Notes under the pieces: generated by a model
What the model was told of the DNA's origin: nothing
Databases searched by the model: none
The model's input: only the letters and a program-made list of their open reading frames with translations
Part shown: positions 14,481 through 28,629 of the stretch, piece after piece
How the letters are laid out: the number at the start of each line of letters is the position of its first letter
Position numbering within the stretch: the stretch's first letter is position 1
DNA from: Bugula neritina
Lineage: Eukaryota; Animalia; Bryozoa
Direction of reading: 5' to 3'
Assembly (NCBI GenBank): GCA_964035545.1
Contig: OZ037772.1
Coordinates: forward strand, 3,563,538-3,627,537
Length of the DNA: 64,000 bases
Program-made: the position numbers and the translations under genes

Positions 14481-17400
14481 ACAGTAAGGGTTGACACCAT
14501 AATTTAGAATGAAGGAAGATTCTGTTTTCACCTGAAGAAGGTAGAAGCTGTTGGGTGGTCCTGTGTTCAATAGATGAGAGATTATCTCGGTATATGGTGT
14601 ACGCATCATCAGATATGGGAGTGAGTCCTTGGTGGTCACATTTGAAGAGAGAGAAAGGTTCTGATACTCTGTGGGATATGTACAGTACATCAATTCAGAC
14701 ATGTACAGATTTGATGGATATAACGGTTTGTCTACTGTGAGCTATAGTCTATAGCTATAGCCAACTATACTATGTATTGTACAGAAAGAAACAATTTCTC
14801 TCTCGTATACAATGGCACATATTCAGATATATCTTTATTGTATACTATGGTGTTACTAACTGGTCAATATTAATACAGTCTCTGCCCCCACTACTATAAA
14901 CCACATGTAAAACTAGTAACATTTCTGTCAATATCTATTAATAACATTCTGAGAACAGCATGTATATAAATGATAACCTTTTACCAGTAAATATTTCTAC
15001 TGTAAGAACAGCTCACAGGAAAGCCAGGTTGTCGACTACTGACTCATAATTATCACTAGTTGACTACTAGTAACCATGGTAACAACTAACATCCTATTAC
15101 TATCAAATGTTACTTGCTATCACCTGAATAAGTATCAGAATAGAGGTATAGTGTATGAATAATGTTGGCAGACAGCAGCCTACCAGTATGTCACTCTTAG
15201 TAACTGAGTCAATATACTGAGAAGTTACAGGGAGATGATACAATCCTTATATTTACTCTGCTGTACTAGCCGAGGAACAAGAAAACTTGTGTTCTAATGT
15301 GCACCAAAATCTCTACTTAGCTACAAACATAGCTGATACTCTCCCCTGTTTATATAATAAAATTGTAATCTAAAGAATACAAACACACTTTTCCTTAGTG
15401 GATGTCAGGACTGGACTACTCAAAGCTCTCACCAGTTTTAACTTCTCAGGAGCATTGAGGAACACGGTCTACAAAATACACCCACACATATCTAGAACTA
15501 CCCTCTATATTCACTAAACAGAGTTCCTCAGTCTATTCAGCATGATAGGACACACCCAGCAGGAAATAAACTCAAGGCTAAAACAGTTATCTGACTGCGA
15601 ATCACACATTTTATGTTTCCACATTGAAGAACACATTTAACCAGCACACACTAGGCTAACTACAATCAGCTAGTCTCATGGTTCTCTCTCATACTATAGA
15701 GAGCTAAGTCTATCTAACTGGTGGCCAGCTATAAAGTTCTGAGTATTCATATAGTGTGCCCATGAATTGTTAACAGGGTGGACTCAACTTCTTTAACCCC
15801 TTCGTCTCAAACTCTCTGTATAATACTTATACTATGGGGCGCAGTAGCTATGTATTTTTGTAAATTGAGAAAAAGTATTTAAATATACTCCAGTTGCAGT
15901 TTTATAATAGATTAGGAGACAACTAGCTAATGTTTAAATGAAAACATTTAATGGCTTACACCAAGCTTGAAAATAATTAGATATGAGCCCACCCCTTGTG
16001 CTAGTCACATAGTCATATTCACAGCTTAAGTGAGCTGAAGCACACATCACAGTGGCTGATCATCACCACACACATTCTCACACTGTTTTCATAAACTGCA
16101 GAGTCGTAAATATGCTCTCCTTCACATTGGTACTTGAACTCGTACTGAAAGTGTTGCTCATAACTGTTCATATTGACACTGACATTATGAAGTTAGTAGT
16201 GATATTTCATTTTCAATAGTAGGGCTTTTAGATGGTATTGATCCATCCACAATGAGAAATACTTGCAAATGTTGATAAATTATTGTATGATTGAATTGGT
16301 GAGTTATAATGTGTATCATTCAAATGTGAATACTGAACATGATCTGGTCACCTTGATTACCTCATATTGATTCATCGCAATTGTCAGTATAATTGTGCCA
16401 TAGAGAATTCTATTAAGTTTGAGAATTGACATTCAGTTTCACATTGCTCATTCAGTGATCCATGCTTAGTGTCACATTGGCCTTTAGGCTTAAAGCAACA
16501 AAATCTAACAGTAACACTATCTATAAGTATATTTATATTATTATCAAGTATTAGCATTATGACATAAAATTAAACTTAAAGCCTGTCAGTTATAGTGTCT
16601 ATGAAATTAAATCCAAAAATAAAAAAAAACAAAAATAACAACTTTTATTCACGCTTCAACTTTCAAAACGAAGACTAAGTTCAACTCAACGAGGTAAGAG
16701 ATGATCGTTTAATCAGTTAATCACAATGCCTAGTATGTTATCACATTCACGCAAGCTTTCACTGTGAATCACAATGATTATGAGTATGATTTAATGAGTA
16801 TCAGTATGGCAATCCCAACGACAATAAGTATAACTGTGAGTGTGAGTGACTGACTGAGTGTGACTGATAAGAGCCAGGCCAATGCCAGGGGCAATCGCAA
16901 TCACAATCGGTATGACTGAATCACTATCAGTATAAGTATTACAATCACAAAGTCAAATGACAATGCCAATAGCACTATCAATATCATATTGAATTGAATT
17001 TTGAATGCGAATATCAAATAGCACCCTCTTACTATTAGTTATTAGTATTAGTATTACTTACAACTTGCTTATGCAAGAGAATTAAATCTTTAAAGCGTAG
17101 CATCCTTTTCAAGCAAAATAAGGATAATAAGTTTCGTCAAATTGAGTTAAAAACTACAACTTATAAGTCACATGTATTAAGCAACTCATGCTCAGTCATC
17201 ACTAATCCTAGTGGGTACGGCAAGCATAATTTATTTTACCATGCTACAAGATTATGTAGACGGTGCGCTTACGCCTCTCATTCTACTTAAGCAATATCCA
17301 ATTGTATGGTTTTTATGACTTTAAAATCCGTTTTTGAGAAGCAAGGCTAGATAGAAATTAATGATCGATATTGACTCGCTAAGAGTACTCATGTAAACCC

Positions 17401-18579
17401 GCAAACTACAACTTTTAACCCGACCGCAAAGCTGGAAGTACGATAAGCGTCGCCGTATTGATTTCAGGCGAATTTTATTTGATTTCTTTCAAACTGCTGA
17501 GAAGTAATATTTGCTTCCATTTTATGTCTGTATCAGCCATCAGGGCTATCGCGATACAATTATAAATGTTCTTAATTCAATCAATATTATGAAAAAATTA
17601 ATGTAGGAAATTCAATTTTGACTATATAGAATAATCTCAATCTGAATAAGTATTATTTATTTATTGTAACACTTGCACTTCGTCTTACTCTTACTCTTAC
17701 AGTTACTCTTAATCAAATAACATACTCATAGTCAATCTCCAACTCAATCTCATACTGAGTCTGATACTCATAGTCATAGTGATAGTCTTTGCCAGATTAT
17801 TGCTAGATAATTTAGGCTAGTACTAGTACTACTACTAGTAGTAGTACTACTAGTACTAATAATCACAGTACTAATAGTAATAGTATTAGAGTAATACTAA
17901 TACTAATAGTAATACTACCACTAGTAGTAGCAGTAGTGCTGGTAGTAGTAGGCTACATGATGATGATCATTATGATTATGAAGATGGTTATTACTATAAC
18001 TATTACGGTATGAGTATAACTATAACTGTATTAGTATTTTATTTTATTTTGCATTGCTAATTGAAGACCATGCGTTAAAATTAACTGTTTCTCTCTTTTC
18101 TCTACATTTCAAGTTGCACACTAATAGACATATATGCTTTCAAATTTTTTGGTCTATCTTTAAGTTGTGAAACTTGACCAGTATGACTACAACTAACTGT
18201 AACTAGAATAAAATATTGGATGATAGAGAAGTTCCATACAGTTACACCTCCTTTGACTTGTGCTACCGTCGGTAGTGCTAAAAGAGTGGAGCCAAAGAAA
18301 AGCATAATCACAGAATTCACAGCCTGCTGGTTTGAGATTTTTGTGGTCTAGAGATTGTACTGGGTTACAGAGATCTTTTTCCGTCTGTGAATTTTTGATC
18401 CCTGCGGTTGTTTCTGACTGTGGGTAGTTGGAGGTGTTGAGGGAGTGGGCTCACTGAGTATGTTATATTATTGTAATCATATTAACCAACTTGACAGTTT
18501 ACTAATTCATTGTCTAACTCTGTCTGCCTTAGTCTAGTAACACTATTTATTTATTTATTTACTTAATAATTTAATTAAA

Positions 18580-18985
18580 TTACTAGTTTATATTACCAAG
18601 TTATATAACTAGTTTATATTACCAAGTTATATTGTTAGTTTATGTTACCTTGTTATATTACTAGTTTATATTACCAAGTTATATTACTAGTTTATATTAC
18701 CAAGTTATGTTACTAGTTTATATCACCAAGTTATATTACTAGTTTATATTACCAAGTTATATTACTAGTTTATATTACCAAGTTATATTACTAGTTTATG
18801 TTACCAAGTTATATTACTAGTTTATATTACCAAGTTATATTACTAGTTTATATTACCAAGTTATGTTACTAGTTTATATCACCAATTTATATTACTAGTT
18901 TATATTACCAAGTTATATTACTAGTTTATGTTACCAAGTTATATTACTAGTTTATGTTACCAAGTTATATTACTAGTTTATACTG
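18580..18985. repeat. 26-bp minisatellite (TTATATTACTAGTTTATATTACCAAG) built from two related 13-mers
   Basis: About 15 tandem copies. Confidence 0.9.
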
Positions 18986-19082
18986 CTAGTATTCAACAAC
19001 TAACCTCCTGCACATCTCAACTCTGACGCAACTACACTGACTAAACATCCGTATAGATTATAGTTTTTGTTGAATTCTTCAG

Positions 19083-21142
19083 ACCCTGAGAACTGTGCGT
19101 GTGGCTTCACCTGCGAGTGTGGTGCCTGTGTTGGGGTATGTGACCTTGACAGAGACTGTGGGAAGCTGCAGATCTGTTTGGAGAAAAGATGTTATCAGCA
19201 GGCCTCACCAGATGACAGAACTGTTGTCTAGGATCTTTATCACTCAGAACTAGTAGAATGTTCTTCAGGTATGAATGCGAAATCTTTGTTCTAAACTCTA
19301 TTAGAGTTTATAAGTGTTGCTTTCTGTTGTACTTATATCTGTGCTGGCCAGGATTTTTGAATGATTTTTGTTATGTATTTACATAACAGAGTGTAAAATT
19401 AAAGCTGAATTTGCTTTATTTTCTATATATTTTGTTTGCGATTTTTCAGTAAAGACGAGGCATCACACTTGGTGTGATTATCAGCATTTTTTGCAGGTGC
19501 TTCTATTCGTGTACTGACAACACAGCCTGTCCTAGTGATGGACAAATCTGTCACCATGGTGTCTGTAAAGAGGGCTGTCAGGTGAGTAGTCGCTATGACC
19601 TACACTGCGAGTTATTGTAACTTTCATACTATGAGTTGTGACTACCTACTATAATTTATACTGCGAGTCCAAGTAGCTGCTGTAACTTATGCTGTGAGTC
19701 ATGACTAACTGAAATCACTTATACTGTGAGTCATGACTAACTGATATCACTTATACTGTGAGTCAATTATCAAAAATAGCAACGAAGTAGAGATATGTTG
19801 TGTATGTGAGATATGTGAGGTTATTTAGTGACTAGTTCGCTATTTATAGAGTTTTGTTTCTATTAATAGACTGTACTGAAGATGAACAATGTGGATCTGA
19901 GTTTACTGAATGCATATCCAACATATGCTATCAGCTTTATCCTCTCAACAATCCAGATCTTTCTGATGCTGAGCAGGACAGACTCTTTGATGATCGGCTG
20001 AATCTACGGAATGATGGTAAGTTACTCTGTTAGTACAGTTACTCTGTTAGTACAGTTACTCTGTTAGTACAGTTACTCTGCTAGTACACTTACTCTGTTA
20101 GTATAGTTACTCTGCTAGTACAGTTACTCTGCTAGTATAGTTACTCTGTTAGTATAGTTACTGTGTTAGTACGGTTACTCTGTTAGTATAGTTACTCTGT
20201 TAGTACGGTTACTCTGTTAGTATAGTTACTCTGTTAGTATAGTTTCTCTGTTAGTACAGTTACTCTGTTAGTACAGTTACTCTGTTAGTATAGTTACTCT
20301 GTTAGTATAGTTACTCTGTTAGTACAATTACTCTGTTAGTATAGTTACTCTGTTAGTATAGTTACTCTGTTAGTATAGTTACTCTGTTAGTATAGTTACT
20401 CTGTTAGTACAATTACTCTGTTAGTATAGTTACTCTGTTAGTATAGTTACTCTGTTAGTACAGTTACTCTGTTAGTACAGTTACTCTGTTAGTACAGTTA
20501 CTCTGCTAGTACACTTACTCTGTTAGTATAGTTATTCTGCTAGTACAGTTACTCTGTTAGTATAGTTACTCTGTTAGTATGGTTACTCTGTTAGTATAGT
20601 TACTCTGTTAGTATAGTTACTCTGTTAGTACGGTTACTCTGTTAGTATAGTTACTCTGTTAGTATAGTTACTCTGTTAGTACAGTTACTCTGCTAGTACA
20701 GTTACTCTGTTAGTATAGTTACTCTGTTAGTATAGTTACTCTGTTAGTACAATTACTCTGTTAGTATAGTTACTCTGTTAGTATAGTTACTCTGTTAGTA
20801 CAGTTACTCTGTTAGTATAGTTACTCTGTTAGTACAATTACTCTGTTAGTATAGTTACTCTGTGAGTATAGTTACTCTGTTAGTATAGTTACTCTGTTAG
20901 TATAGTTACTCTGTTAGTATAGTTACTCTGTTAGTATAGTTACTCTGTTAGTACAGTTACTCTGTTAGTACAGTTACTCTGTTAGTACGGTTACACTGTT
21001 AGTATGGTTACTCTGTTAGTACAGTTACTCTGTTAGTATAGTTACTCTGTTAGTACAGTTACTCTGTTAGTATAGTTACAGTAACAGTACCATTACCATA
21101 TATAAGCAGAATGACAGATGAACTGACTGACTGACTGACAAA

Positions 21143-21195
<53 letters not shown>

Positions 21196-24100
21196 TGACT
21201 GACTGACTGACTGACTGGACAGACAGATAAACAGATAGGTAAATATCGATCAGATATTTAGTGAAGCTACCAACTGAGACCCAGACTGTGTTTTGATACT
21301 GGTATATGATATCTTTCTACAATGTGTTTACAGTTTACTGTACAAAGTATTGTTCCATCAGATGGACTCACTCTACTCATGTGTAAGACTCATCAAGAAT
21401 GTCTACCCAATCAGATCTGTGTTAACGAGGTGTGCACACTGACGTGTAAAAGTGACTCTGAGTGTGCATCCAACCAGGTTAGATACTGTATACATGTCTC
21501 TATCCTAGCAGGTATTTCACAAACTATTCTGAAACCCATACTTTTATTGTTCATTGTCTATGTATTCTCCACCATGTTTTTACTAGAAGTAAACTTTATT
21601 TTAGTAATGAGTTTAAAATAAATTATTGTTTCGCATTGTACAGTTTATTATTGCCTGAATCTTGTAATAAGAATATTGACAATATTAGAGCAGCAACGTG
21701 ATTGGCTTAACAATACCAGAGCAGGGATTTGATTGGCTTAACAATACCAGAGCAGCGATGTGATTAGCTTTACAATATCAGAGCAGGGATGCTATTGGCT
21801 ACTCTGTTCTGTTCTGCAGGGCCATGCCTACTTGTATTATGTGTTAATCTTGTTTTGCAGTGAACAGAAAGGGATAATGGGTCCCAAAAGACATCCGGGA
21901 TCTTACAGAACTGATGGTGAAGAAGGGTTCACCCGATGTTGATGGCCTGCCTGGTATATCCGGCAATCCTGGAGATGCAGGAGAAAGGAGACCACCTTGT
22001 CTTGCAGGAGATACCGGAGTTCTTGGAGAACCAGGTGATGTTTATGCTCAATTGAGTTCAATCTGTCAAGTTAAGTTGGGATCTTTTTCGTTTTCATTAT
22101 TTTATGTTTGTTACGTGGAAAAGGGGAAAACTCTGTCTCGGAGCATTTTTGTTTTTTCAGAGAGCTTTGGATTATTTGATTATGGTCTACACAGGGGTAT
22201 AGACAGAATAAACTACACAGGGGTGTAGACAGACTAAACTACACAGGGCTGTAGACAGACTAAATTACACAGGGGTGTAGACAGACTAAACCTACTACGA
22301 ACGTATAACTACCCTGTGTCATGCTGTCATGACGTCTCTATTCTCTCCTATAATTTGACTTTTATTTAGCAAGCAGATTTCTAGTAGGCTATTCTATAGT
22401 GACCAGTCACACTGTTTATTGTAGCAACATAGAAATCAAGTTGAAAACTAGTTGCACCTGTTGTGATGCTATCAATGGGTGCTTACAGGTAGAGACGGAG
22501 TACCTGGACCTGTTGAGATCGGATATCAGGGTAAACAAGGAGATCAAGGTCCTGCAGGTAAAAATGAGGAGTTACTCACCCTTGCTTGTGTATTTCTGTT
22601 CTTTTTAGGTATTCTATAATATGCTGGGGTTTCCCTCACAGCTAGTCTGCACTAAGGCAGGGAGTAAGCTAAGTAATCATATTGAATTCCAGCAGTGCTT
22701 GTTACTTCAACTGACAGGATTACTGTGTATGATAGTAGCTCTGACTGGTTTTCATGGATTATTTTTACCATACTGTTTACCACATGATGCATTGTCTGAG
22801 TAAAAACAAGAAAACAAAGAAATATACCAGAAATGTTGAGAAATGTGGTGTTCCAGATTTATTAAATGACCACTTGTAATGCATACTAATGCTGCTTGGT
22901 TCATAGGACCTGTCGAACAAGCTGGAGAACCCGGTCTGTATGGCAGAAATGGAAAGACAGGAGAAACTGCACGAACTGGTATGCCTAGTCCAACCGCCTT
23001 AAGGGGGGTCACTGGAGAACCCGGATCTGATGGAAGGTATTTTTTGTGTTTCACTTCGCCTTATTCAGCTTCTTGGAACTTTTTATTTGATTTAGTTTTT
23101 ATAATTTGTTGTCAATTTTTTCAGAGACGGTTTACCTGGAGTACTGGGTGCTGATGGTAAACATGGGGAGCAGGGTGATCAAGGACCTCCTGGCCCCATG
23201 AATCCAGTGGGAATCCCCGGTAACCAGGGACCTGAAGGTGCTCAAGGAGACAAGGGTGATAAGGTAAGAACATTCTTTATTCAGTTTTCTCTTTATTTCA
23301 GTTCTCTGGTTTTCCACTAGTCAATCCTGTAATTGTTTATTTGTTTTAGTTTATTTATGTTAATACTAGAGTTGCTTCAGTGACACCACATCATGTAATA
23401 TATTACATAACAGTGCAGTATAATACACCATAATATAATATGTTATACAATACAATATTGTTACAGAAAATATTATTCAATAATATCTCAAAGGTAATGT
23501 GTCTCCTAAATATATTCATTACTATAGGGGCCAGCTGGGCCAGAGGGTGCTTCTGGACCAACTGGATTGTCTGGACCAGCGGGTCCACGTTGGCCAACTG
23601 GTCCTCAGGGACCCCAGGGAGCTTCCGGGAATTCCCGGCGAACAAGGACCTAAAGGTATGAAATAAGTTGAACCAATCTTTGCCCTTAGTTATTGGCCAT
23701 GAACAGAATCATTGCTCTAAGAGTTATCCTACTTGGTAAGAAGATAAGGCTACTCCCAACTTATAATAATTTGAATGTCGCCTGCTGTTGTAGGACCCAC
23801 TGGTTTCCAGGGACCTCAGGCATTCCCCGGAGCTCCCGGTATTGATGATGCAAGGGGAGATGTCGGATCACTTGGTATTGCTGGACCACCCGGGCTACGG
23901 GGTGCTGACGGCAAACAAGGAATTACTGGTTCTCCTGGAGCTATGGGTGCTATGGGACCACCTGGACCTGATGGTGCTAAGGTAAACACTTACACTGCTA
24001 ACAGGTTATTGTTATTCATCTTGTTAGTTTAGTGGTAATAACTCAATAGTCTGTATTTCTAGGGTGAACAAGGGAGAGATGGGGAAATGGGTAGTCCTGG

Positions 24101-25797
24101 CAGACCTGGACCTCCTGGTGAAGCCCCAGTATTTGGTTAGTTATTAGCAAAACCAAGTTATTGTCCATTACTTGTATCTTTTTCATTTTCTTTCCACTGT
24201 GTATTGATGATCTTTTGGGAATTCCATTCATAGCCTGTGATTGAAGCTTTTATTTTATTCTACCATGGGTTATGTTAGGTGCGCCCCCTATGATGATGAG
24301 TGCAATGATGTCCAACAGTAAAGGTGTACAAGCTGATGATGCAGGCGCCAACAATGAGCTCTATAATATGTACCTCAGTGAGTAATGGCCATGATGTGCT
24401 TTGATGTTGCCTGATTTGTAGTGGAAAAGATCTTTTAAATGCTGTTTTGGAACTCAAATGACAGACTTGTTTCAAATTGTTTATGTTTTTGCAGACAAAC
24501 AATTTTATAATTAACTGCTAGAAACTATTATAATAAAAATATAGACAGCTGTTATAATGTGTTTCTCCTCCTAGCATTGATGATTGACATTCTTGTTTGA
24601 TGAGTCACCTATTTAGTTCATTTCTCCAGTTAAATGTTGCTACATTCTGACATATTATATAATGTTGATTTCATTGCTGTTAGCTTACATAACTACTTCC
24701 ACCTTATTTCTCTAGAAACATAGGTAAGGGATGGTTCAATTTATACTGTGTATTATATACTGTTTGTTATATTGTGAACTAGAGAAATTGTATTCTCTAT
24801 TGTTTGTTGTCAGGTGGATCCCGATGGTGGTTTCACAGCTAATGCTATCCAGGCTTACTGTCGCAAGGAAATGAAGAGCACTTGCATCAATGCCAAGACC
24901 TCCGAGTTTGCCACCAAATCGTACGTCACCCAGCAGCTAGATAATCAGCCATTCGTTGCTAAACACATGGGAACAGCACTTGTAAGTGTTTATCTTGTAT
25001 CAACTATGACTGTCTTAGTAACAGTCAAGAATATTCAAAAGTTTTATGTTGAGAATTGTCGCTATAGTAACGTGTTGGTTTCCTGTATGGATGTTGCTAG
25101 TCACCAGATACTAGTCCTCTACTATGTTGCAAGTCACTTGATAATCTGAACAATCTCTGGCTTTTTTTTAAGCTGAGCGAGTTGTTGGTATGACTATTCC
25201 TTTTGCTGATTGTAGATGTATTAACTCAGTGGCGGTAGAAGACGCATTCCGTAGGAAGAGTAAGTCAGTCATTTTATATACAGCTGGTGATAAAGAATAC
25301 ACAGTAACAGTCAGCAGGTTCCAATATTCAGTGCTGCAGGATGATTGCAAGGTATGTAAATATGACCTGTATAGTGTAAATCTGACCTATATACTGTAAA
25401 TCTGACCTATATGGTGTAAATCTGACCTATATAGTGTAAATCTGACCTATAAAGTGTAAATCTAACCTATATAGCGTAAATTCGACCTGCACTTGAACAT
25501 GATTGCGATAGTTGCATCTTTTTTTGTATTGATATACAATATAGCTTGCCTTTGAGGCTTTTTAACAACTACTTATGAGTTCAACCCAAAAGCACTTTGA
25601 TTTTTGTGCAAGTTTAGAGTTTTGAGTTTGCCGTCTGCCATTTTGTAGTATTCCAAATACTATCAGAAGCTCTGACAGTGATTGAGATTTACACCAAGAC
25701 CCCCACCCACTTGCCTATTATTGACATTGCTGCTGGTGACATCAGGACCACCCACAAAGAGTTTGGGGTTCAGCTTGGAGAAGTCTGCTTGTCATAG
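19083..25797 (+). pseudogene. Fibrillar collagen-like gene (Cys-rich N-terminal repeats, short Gly-X-Y region, COLFI C-propeptide), degenerate
   Basis: Cys-rich exons at 19083-19268, 19497-19581, 19870-20016 and 21334-21477. Gly-X-Y exons lie in 21861-24116 and a telopeptide exon with QADD is at ~24279. COLFI motifs are WVDPDGG..AIQAYC..STCI (24814), CINSVA..VILYTAGDKE..RFQYSVLQDDCK (25190-25351) and TVIEIYTKTPTHLPIIDIAAGDI..KEFGVQLGEVCLS* (ends 25797). Lesions: TAG in the first exon, frameshifts, many Gly substitutions, and an apparently missing first COLFI exon. Confidence 0.85.
20020..21078. repeat. 17-bp minisatellite (GTTACTCTGTTAGTAYA), ~62 copies, starting at a splice donor
   Basis: Direct reading. 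Confidence 0.95.
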
Positions 25798-26514
25798 ACT
25801 CATATCTAACAACAGTTTCATTTGGCTGATTTGTAAGACTGTTCCTGATTAGATAATTAGTGGCCAATCAGAGAATGCAATCAATGTTGGTTGGCTGAGA
25901 CCAGCAGTCTGATTTTTATATAACCTAATTGTAAATGAAAGATTTGATTACTCTAAATAAATTTATCCGAGACTTCCAAGGCAGTGATGCTGATTTTTGT
26001 ACATATAAATTTGAAGAAGTTTAGCTATAGGGTTTATATGCTGTCTTTTAATTATTCCACCATAACCTGAGATTGTGAGTAGTAATTCTAGAATGAGATA
26101 GGGAGGGTGTTATGCCCCACCTTATGGTTTTATATATTTAGAAACCGTTGTTAATTTAGTAATTCTGTTGGTGCTACATTTTTGAATTTATTTAATCCAA
26201 CCATTTCTCTAATATTGCAAAATATATTTTACCATACAGCACTACACAACTTATTTCTCAGCTTGTAAATTTCATCATCAAAATTATTATAGTACTAAAG
26301 TTGGTCACAGATTTCTGATAAGCTGCAGTTTTCAGATCTGATTATTTAACCTATTCATCCTGAAATGAGACATTGTTGGTTTAAAATGGAATTTAACATA
26401 TATTTTAGTTACTTAGTTCCAACTGTGTTGACCATATCAACATTTTAAATTTTACTTTGGCTGCTATGAAGTATATAAGCAAATGGCATTAAGTTATTAA
26501 TATATAACAAGGTT

Positions 26515-26845
26515 TGCAAAGACTTAATATACCAAGCAACTGTGACAAGACATGACAATAACTCCATCCAATCATACATAGGACTTTGTTCAACTACCTT
26601 CAAAACCAGACTCAACAACCATAAAGCCTCTTTCCTACATGCAGATAAAACCAACAACACACAACTCAGCAGACACATCCAGAATTTAGAACAAAATCAA
26701 CAAGAAATTCAGCCTAAAATGGATCATTTTAAAAATTTGTAAATCATACACAAAACCTAATCAACAGATGTAACTTATAATGTAGCTATGAGAAATATGT
26801 AATTTTGAAACAATCAGAGTTATCCACTCTCAACAAAAGCAACGA
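26515..26845 (+). mobile_element. Degraded 3' fragment of a Penelope-like element (GIY-YIG endonuclease)
   Basis: LIYQATVTRHDNNSIQSYIGLCSTTFKTRLNNHKASF..TQLSRHI aligns by eye with IVYQAKV..TYVGISSTAFKARYYNHLASF..TELSKHI in the ORF at 61555-63057. Confidence 0.85.
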
Positions 26846-27049
26846 GCGAAGTGTGAGAATTCCATGCTAGTGACCTGCCACACACAGTGCGTGTGTTGCG
26901 AGTGCAAAATATTATTAGCAAATGATGTTAGCGTTAAACTTTACTGCTCGCCTACAGACGTTTGTTTTTAAACAGCGTCACCGGGCAAAGTAATTTGGAT
27001 ATTCTAAAAGCGGAAATGCAAAATATATAAAACTGTTTTAATTCAGCTC

Positions 27050-28290
27050 AGTATATTATGTTATACAGTATATTATGTTATGCAGTATACTATGTTATAC
27101 AGTATATTATGTTATACAGTATATTATGTTATACAGTGTACTATGTTATACAGTATACTATGTTATACAGTATATTATGTTATACAGTATACTATGTTAT
27201 ACAGTATACTATGTTATACAGTATACTATGTTATACAGTATACTATGTTATACAGTATACTATGTTATACAGTATACTATGTTATACAGTATACTATGTT
27301 ATACAGTATACTATGTTATACAGTATACTATGTTATACAGTATACTATGTTATACAGTATATTATGTTATACAGTATACTATGTTATACAGTATACTATG
27401 CTATACAGTATATTATGTTATACAGTATACTATGTTATACAGTATACTATGTTATACAGTATACTATGCTATACAGTATACTATGTTATACAGTATTTTA
27501 TGTTATACAGTATATTATGTTATACAGTATATTATGTTATACAGTATATTATGTTATACAGTATATTATGTTATACAGTATACTATGTTATACAGTATAC
27601 TATGTTATACAGTATACTATGTTATACAGTATACTATGTTATACAGTATACTATGTTATACAGTATATTATGTTATACAGTATACTATGTTATACAGTAT
27701 ACTATGTTATACAGTATACTATGTTATACAGTATACTATGTTATACAGTATACTATGTTATACAGTATATTATGTTATACAGTATATTATGTTATACAGT
27801 ATACTATGTTATACAGTATACTATGTTATACAGTATATTATGTTATACAGTATACTATGTTATACAGTATACTATGCTATACAGTATACTATGTTATACA
27901 GTATACTATGTTATACAGTATATTATGTTATACAGTATATTATGTTATACAGTATACTATGTTATACAGTATACTATGTTATACAGTATATTATGTTATA
28001 CAGTATACTATGTTATACAGTATACTATGCTATACAGTATACTATGTTATACAGTATTTTATGTTATACAGTATATTATGTTATACAGTATATTATGTTA
28101 TACAGTATATTATGTTATACAGTATATTATGTTATACAGTATACTATGTTATACAGTATACTATGTTATACAGTATACTATGTTATACAGTATACTATGT
28201 TATACAGTATACTATGTTATACAGTATATTATGTTATACAGTATACTATGTTATACAGTATATTGTATGTTATACAGTATATATTATGTT
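27050..28290. repeat. 17-bp minisatellite (TATACTATGTTATACAG), ~72 copies
   Basis: Direct reading. It produces three spurious stop-free ORFs. Confidence 0.95.
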
Positions 28291-28629
28291 ATATTAACCA
28301 ACATACAAATGAGATGCTCTTGTCAGTCTATAATGATGAATATTATACACTGGAACTGGGTTACTCTCTCACCTCTCCTCACTGCAGACCAGCTAGACCA
28401 GATCTTCCCAAGTGATGAAGATTTTTTTTCTAAAAATTTCACAGTTTGTTATCAGCTCTTTGAGCTCTTGCCTTGTTTTCAAGATTACATGTACTGCATA
28501 TGTATAACTATAACTCCTTCATTTTATGTAGTTCATTTATTTATCCACATTACACTCTACAATCTAAGTTTACTTCTATATCCATGTGTCTATTATTCAC
28601 TCTACTTTAGCTGCTATACCCCTCCTACT

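Larger units (their letters stand above)
9361..16161 (-). pseudogene. Multi-exon gene of unknown family, probably pseudogenised
   Basis: Exon-like blocks with AG/GT boundaries at about 9361-9425, 9743-9980, 10112-10238, 10554-10669, 11004-11195, 11409-11608, 12220-12327, 13446-13646, 14028-14128, 14532-14730 and 15124-15319, plus weaker ones up to 16161. The 3' exons splice in phase (...SRLIIQFMQ|ALLGNTDKAVHQYVLSCT*QLS...). There is an in-frame TGA at 11139-11141, and the 5' exons cannot be joined without stops or phase conflicts. Confidence 0.6.

Noticed and set aside
20020-21078. CRISPR-like array
   Set aside because: The repeats are head-to-tail with no unique spacers, the context is eukaryotic, and there are no cas genes.
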